From the IMG/VR virus record IMGVR_UViG_3300010281_000004, positions 1 to 28,559 of that record: 28,559 nucleotides of DNA. One strand, 5' to 3'. Both the position numbers and the translations under genes were made by a program. The notes below the pieces were generated by a model, which was given only the letters and a program-made list of their open reading frames with translations, searched no databases and was not told the DNA's origin. This DNA comes from a virus. Lineage: Duplodnaviria; Caudoviricetes. Below are positions 25,228-28,559 of this stretch, one piece after another; positions within the stretch are counted from its first letter, which is position 1; every line of letters begins with the position of its first letter.

Positions 25228-25418
25228 TTATTAATTTTAAGAATACACCAGAAGACATAGAACTTTACAACGAGTTAAAAAAGCATAGCAGCATGAGTGG
25301 TTATATAAAAGATGTTTTAAGAGGACTTGCAGATAACAAAGCAGTAGAGGAAAAGAAAGAATTTAAGAAAGTTAAAGATGATATTTGCGAGGATATAGAA
25401 GATATTTTAAATTTGTAG
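25209..25418 (+). CDS. Putative ParR-like ribbon-helix-helix adaptor
   Basis: 69 aa overlapping the parM end; RIVINFK strand, ELYNELKK and SGYIKDVLR helices, acidic tail. Confidence 0.7.
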   Translation: MERKRIVINFKNTPEDIELYNELKKHSSMSGYIKDVLRGLADNKAVEEKKEFKKVKDDICEDIEDILNL

Positions 25419-25429
25419 GAGGTATTATT

Positions 25430-25627
25430 ATGTATGTAGAAAGAATAAAACTTCAAAGAGAAAAAGATGCAGATTGGGAAGTTGGTTATTATATTGGACT
25501 ATTTTACAATGCGGAGGAATCTACGTTTCTTGATAAGAATTACAAACCTATTACTGGAGATATATGGGACTATAGGAGTGACTTAGAAAATAGAATTATA
25601 TTTGCAGTGAATGAGAAAGAAGAATGA
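25430..25627 (+). CDS. Hypothetical protein (65 aa)
   Basis: AGGAGG RBS before ATG 25430 (MYVERIKLQ...). Confidence 0.7.
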   Translation: MYVERIKLQREKDADWEVGYYIGLFYNAEESTFLDKNYKPITGDIWDYRSDLENRIIFAVNEKEE

Positions 25628-25640
25628 AGGAGTTGTATAA

Positions 25641-25979
25641 ATGAATGATAGTTTAGAAATTTATTATATTCATAATTCAACTAAGGTAGTTTTTTCACTA
25701 TCAGAATTAAAGGGAATTTCTAATTATAAAAAGATTGTTATACAAGAGCCTTACTATGATGCAACGCTAGGATTAAGTCTTGAACATGAGTATATCTATA
25801 CAAAAGTTGATATACTAACAGGAAAAGATTGGACCATTATACCACTTATGAAAGATAATTTAACTGAAGAAGAAAAGATAAAACTTAAAGAAAATCTAGA
25901 TAGCATTAAATTTTATGAAATGCTTAAGAGTTTTGAAAGAAAAGGGCAAGAAAGAGAAAGAAGTCTTGGAGGAGTGTAA
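25641..25979 (+). CDS. Hypothetical protein (112 aa), coupled to virD4
   Basis: AAGGAG RBS; TAATG overlap with the coupling-protein gene. Confidence 0.75.
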   Translation: MNDSLEIYYIHNSTKVVFSLSELKGISNYKKIVIQEPYYDATLGLSLEHEYIYTKVDILTGKDWTIIPLMKDNLTEEEKIKLKENLDSIKFYEMLKSFERKGQERERSLGGV

Positions 25980-27550
25980 TGGAATATTTAGTATTAGCTA
26001 ATAAATTTCTATATTTAGCTTTAGCAGGACTAGGAATAAGCAGTATTGCAACAGTAATACAAAAGAACAGTCTAAAGCCAGAAAAATTAGCAAATAACGA
26101 TATAAAAGGATATAAGGAGTTAAGAAAAATTTTAGGAACAGATGGCTTAAAAATATCAAAAAATATTAAATTGAAATTAGAAAATGATTTTGAAGGTATA
26201 TGTTTATTAGGTCCGACAGGAGAGGGGAAAACTACATCATTATTCCTAAATAACTTATTAGATAATTCTATTCCTGGTAGCTTAATTGTTACAGATCCTA
26301 AAGGGGAATTATTTGAATTAACATCAAATTATCAAAAGAATGTATGTGGAAGGAAAGTGTATAAAATAGACTTTTCAAATGTAGATTATTCAGAAAGATA
26401 TAATCTGTTAGAAAATTGTAAAACCACAGAAGAAGTATTGCAATTAGCGAATATGCTACTGATGAACGGATCGTTAAGTGTAGAATTAGCAAGTGGGAAA
26501 AAAGCAGGTGGAGTAGAATGGATACAAATGTCTGAACCTTTGTTATCTGCAGCACTACTATATGTAAAAGAACTAAAAAAGCCTTACAATACAATAGAGT
26601 TTGCGCTTCAATTACTTTTGAGTCTTAATAATAAGCAATTGAAATGTGTATTTGAAGCAAGTAAAAATCTAGATGTTATAACTCAATTTAATATATTTCA
26701 ACAAGTAGGGGGAGCCGATAGAACAGAAGGAAGTATAAAAATAACTCTAGCTAGTAATATGAAGCTTTTTACTGATAGGACAATAAACAAACTATCATCA
26801 GAAACTACCTTCGATATTAATAGATTTAGAAAAGAACCTTCTATATTATATATAATTTATCCAGAAAGAAAGAGCAGTTATCTAGCTCCATTTATCGCTC
26901 CATTATTCAGCCAAATAATAGATAAGCTACTAGATAACTACTCTAAAGAAAGCTTACCAGTGCACCTGATGTTTGACGAGTTTGGCAACATTGGTATGCT
27001 TAATAACATGAGTATTAATGCAGCTACAGTTAGAAGTAGAAAAATAAGCTTAGTAGTTTGCTTACAATCCATAACACAATTATACCAAATTTACGGCCGT
27101 GATAATGCAAAATCAATACTAAACAATCTAAAAGCAAAGATATTGCTACCTAGTATGAGTGACATTGAAACAATTAATTACATTTCCAATTTATGCGGGA
27201 ATATAGAAATAAATACAAAAACAATGTCTGAAAGCAAAGGAACTCAAAGTTACTCTTATTCAAAAGCTAAACGTAAAATGTTTGAAGAAGGAGAATTAAG
27301 AACATTAGAGGATAGAACAGCTCTAATAATTAATAGCAATAAAATGCCTGTAAAGGATGAACTAGAATTATATTTTGAAACTAAACTAATAAATAATGTT
27401 AGGGAACCTATAGAATATCCGAAATTTGCCCCTTTGAATTTTGATATTAGAGGGGAATTAAAAAAAATCAAAAGCATTACTAATCAAAAGGAAGAGGAAA
27501 TAAATGATAATAGAGCCTACGCCATCACTCGAAGAATTTTCGAAAAGTAA
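25979..27550 (+). CDS. virD4: Type IV coupling protein, VirD4/TraG family
   Basis: N-terminal hydrophobic helix; Walker A GPTGEGKT, VTDPKGEL, Walker B LMFDEFGNIG, RSRKIS..CLQSITQLYQIYG. Confidence 0.9.
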   Translation: MEYLVLANKFLYLALAGLGISSIATVIQKNSLKPEKLANNDIKGYKELRKILGTDGLKISKNIKLKLENDFEGICLLGPTGEGKTTSLFLNNLLDNSIPGSLIVTDPKGELFELTSNYQKNVCGRKVYKIDFSNVDYSERYNLLENCKTTEEVLQLANMLLMNGSLSVELASGKKAGGVEWIQMSEPLLSAALLYVKELKKPYNTIEFALQLLLSLNNKQLKCVFEASKNLDVITQFNIFQQVGGADRTEGSIKITLASNMKLFTDRTINKLSSETTFDINRFRKEPSILYIIYPERKSSYLAPFIAPLFSQIIDKLLDNYSKESLPVHLMFDEFGNIGMLNNMSINAATVRSRKISLVVCLQSITQLYQIYGRDNAKSILNNLKAKILLPSMSDIETINYISNLCGNIEINTKTMSESKGTQSYSYSKAKRKMFEEGELRTLEDRTALIINSNKMPVKDELELYFETKLINNVREPIEYPKFAPLNFDIRGELKKIKSITNQKEEEINDNRAYAITRRIFEK

Positions 27551-28523
27551 TGTCAATGAAGATGAAAATATATATAAGAAAGCTAATCGTAGATATAGTG
27601 CAGGAAAATCATATTTTACAGTTTTTAGGGTAGGAGATAAATTTAAACACAATCCATATGAAACCAACTTAAATATACAAAACCTAAGAAGGTTTCAATT
27701 TCATTCAAATAGAGAAGGGAATACACCTAATGCAGATCCTAACAAAAAACATTTAAACCAGGTGCTTATAGGAAGTGAAAATGTAACGGAAGATGTTTAT
27801 GCATATCTAGAAGGAGTAAAAATTCATAAAAATTCTGTAATAGCCAGAGAAATCATTTTGAGTGCTGGCAATGGGTTTTGGGACAATTTAAGTGATTATG
27901 ATAGAGAAAAATGGATAAATGCTAATTATAAATTCTTAAAAGATAACTTTGGAGATAATTGTGTATATGCGGTGCTTCACATGGATGAAACAACGCCACA
28001 TATACACGCTCTAATAGTACCGGTATTTTTTAATAAGAAGAATATTCCTGTATTGAATAATTCATTCTATTTTGGGAGCAAAGAAAAATTAAGTAATTGG
28101 CAGGATATTTATACTGAAGCTATGACAAGAGAATTTGGGAATTATTTTAAGAGAGGTATCAAAGGAAGCAAAGCTAAGCATATAGACTTAAAAACTTTCT
28201 ATGCATTAATTAATGAAGATTTAAACACCTATGACAGCAAGGTTATATTAGCCAATGCTAAAGAGAACTATCTAAATAAAAAGAAAGTAGAAGCACTACA
28301 GGAGACACTACAACAAACCTTAGAAGAAAAGAAAGAGATTTCTAGAATTATTGAAGATATTATTAAAAAGAATAAAGAACTTAAAGAAGAAAATAAGATA
28401 TATGAATATACTATAAAGACATTGACTGAAAAATACGATATACCGCAAAACCAAGTTTATAAAATAATAGCTAATAGAGATAAATATAAAGACCTTTCTA
28501 AGAATAAAGAAAGAGAAAGATAA
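27504..28523 (+). CDS. mobV: MOBV (Mob/Pre) family relaxase
   Basis: Motif I HSNR, NADP...LN, motif II AREIILSA, motif III LHMDETTPHIH, WQD...FKRG...AKH; C-terminal coiled coil. Confidence 0.9.
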   Translation: MIIEPTPSLEEFSKSNVNEDENIYKKANRRYSAGKSYFTVFRVGDKFKHNPYETNLNIQNLRRFQFHSNREGNTPNADPNKKHLNQVLIGSENVTEDVYAYLEGVKIHKNSVIAREIILSAGNGFWDNLSDYDREKWINANYKFLKDNFGDNCVYAVLHMDETTPHIHALIVPVFFNKKNIPVLNNSFYFGSKEKLSNWQDIYTEAMTREFGNYFKRGIKGSKAKHIDLKTFYALINEDLNTYDSKVILANAKENYLNKKKVEALQETLQQTLEEKKEISRIIEDIIKKNKELKEENKIYEYTIKTLTEKYDIPQNQVYKIIANRDKYKDLSKNKERER

Positions 28524-28550
28524 GAAGGAGAGTTATTCTCCTTCTATTTT
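28523..28550 (+). terminator. Intrinsic terminator after the relaxase gene
   Basis: AGAAGGAGA-gttat-TCTCCTTCT followed by ATTTT. Confidence 0.7.
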
Positions 28551-28559
28551 GCTATATAT

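Noticed and set aside
329-27667. Numerous minus-strand ORFs of 60-160 aa opposite the structural, helicase and mob genes (e.g. 8507-8986, 4149-4439, 26298-26594)
   Set aside because: Antisense shadows of well-supported + strand genes; Ser/Phe/Leu-rich, no RBS or motifs
1-28559. CRISPR array, tRNA, DGR, integrase, IS elements
   Set aside because: No spaced direct-repeat array, cloverleaf, reverse transcriptase, recombinase or transposase recognised

Overview
AT-rich, Clostridium-like temperate siphovirus region. Positions 1-17.7 kb hold a complete HK97-type morphogenesis and lysis module on the + strand: terminases, portal, Clp-type protease, capsid, neck, tail tube, chaperone, tape measure, Dit, Tal, BppU-SGNH baseplate/receptor protein, holin and amidase endolysin. 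Positions 17.7-23.5 kb are accessory: a stand-alone structured small RNA, an unknown 171-aa gene, and a five-gene operon (Zn-finger/HARP-like protein, SNF2 helicase, IbrA-like PAPS-reductase/DUF3440, IbrB-like ParB-N protein with an in-frame stop, AbrB-like regulator) behind a perfect sigma-A promoter. Positions 23.5-28.5 kb are plasmid-like: membrane-anchored HNH, HTH, ParM/ParR partition pair, VirD4-type coupling protein and MOBV relaxase. Signals not shown by the ORF track include a CCC-TAA +1 frameshift that would extend the capsid protein, a -1 tail-chaperone frameshift, an internal start in the endolysin, and paired dyad sites flanking the variable half of the baseplate gene. No integrase, replication gene or CRISPR array is visible, so integrated versus extrachromosomal state cannot be decided. 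All family assignments come from motif recognition, not database searches.
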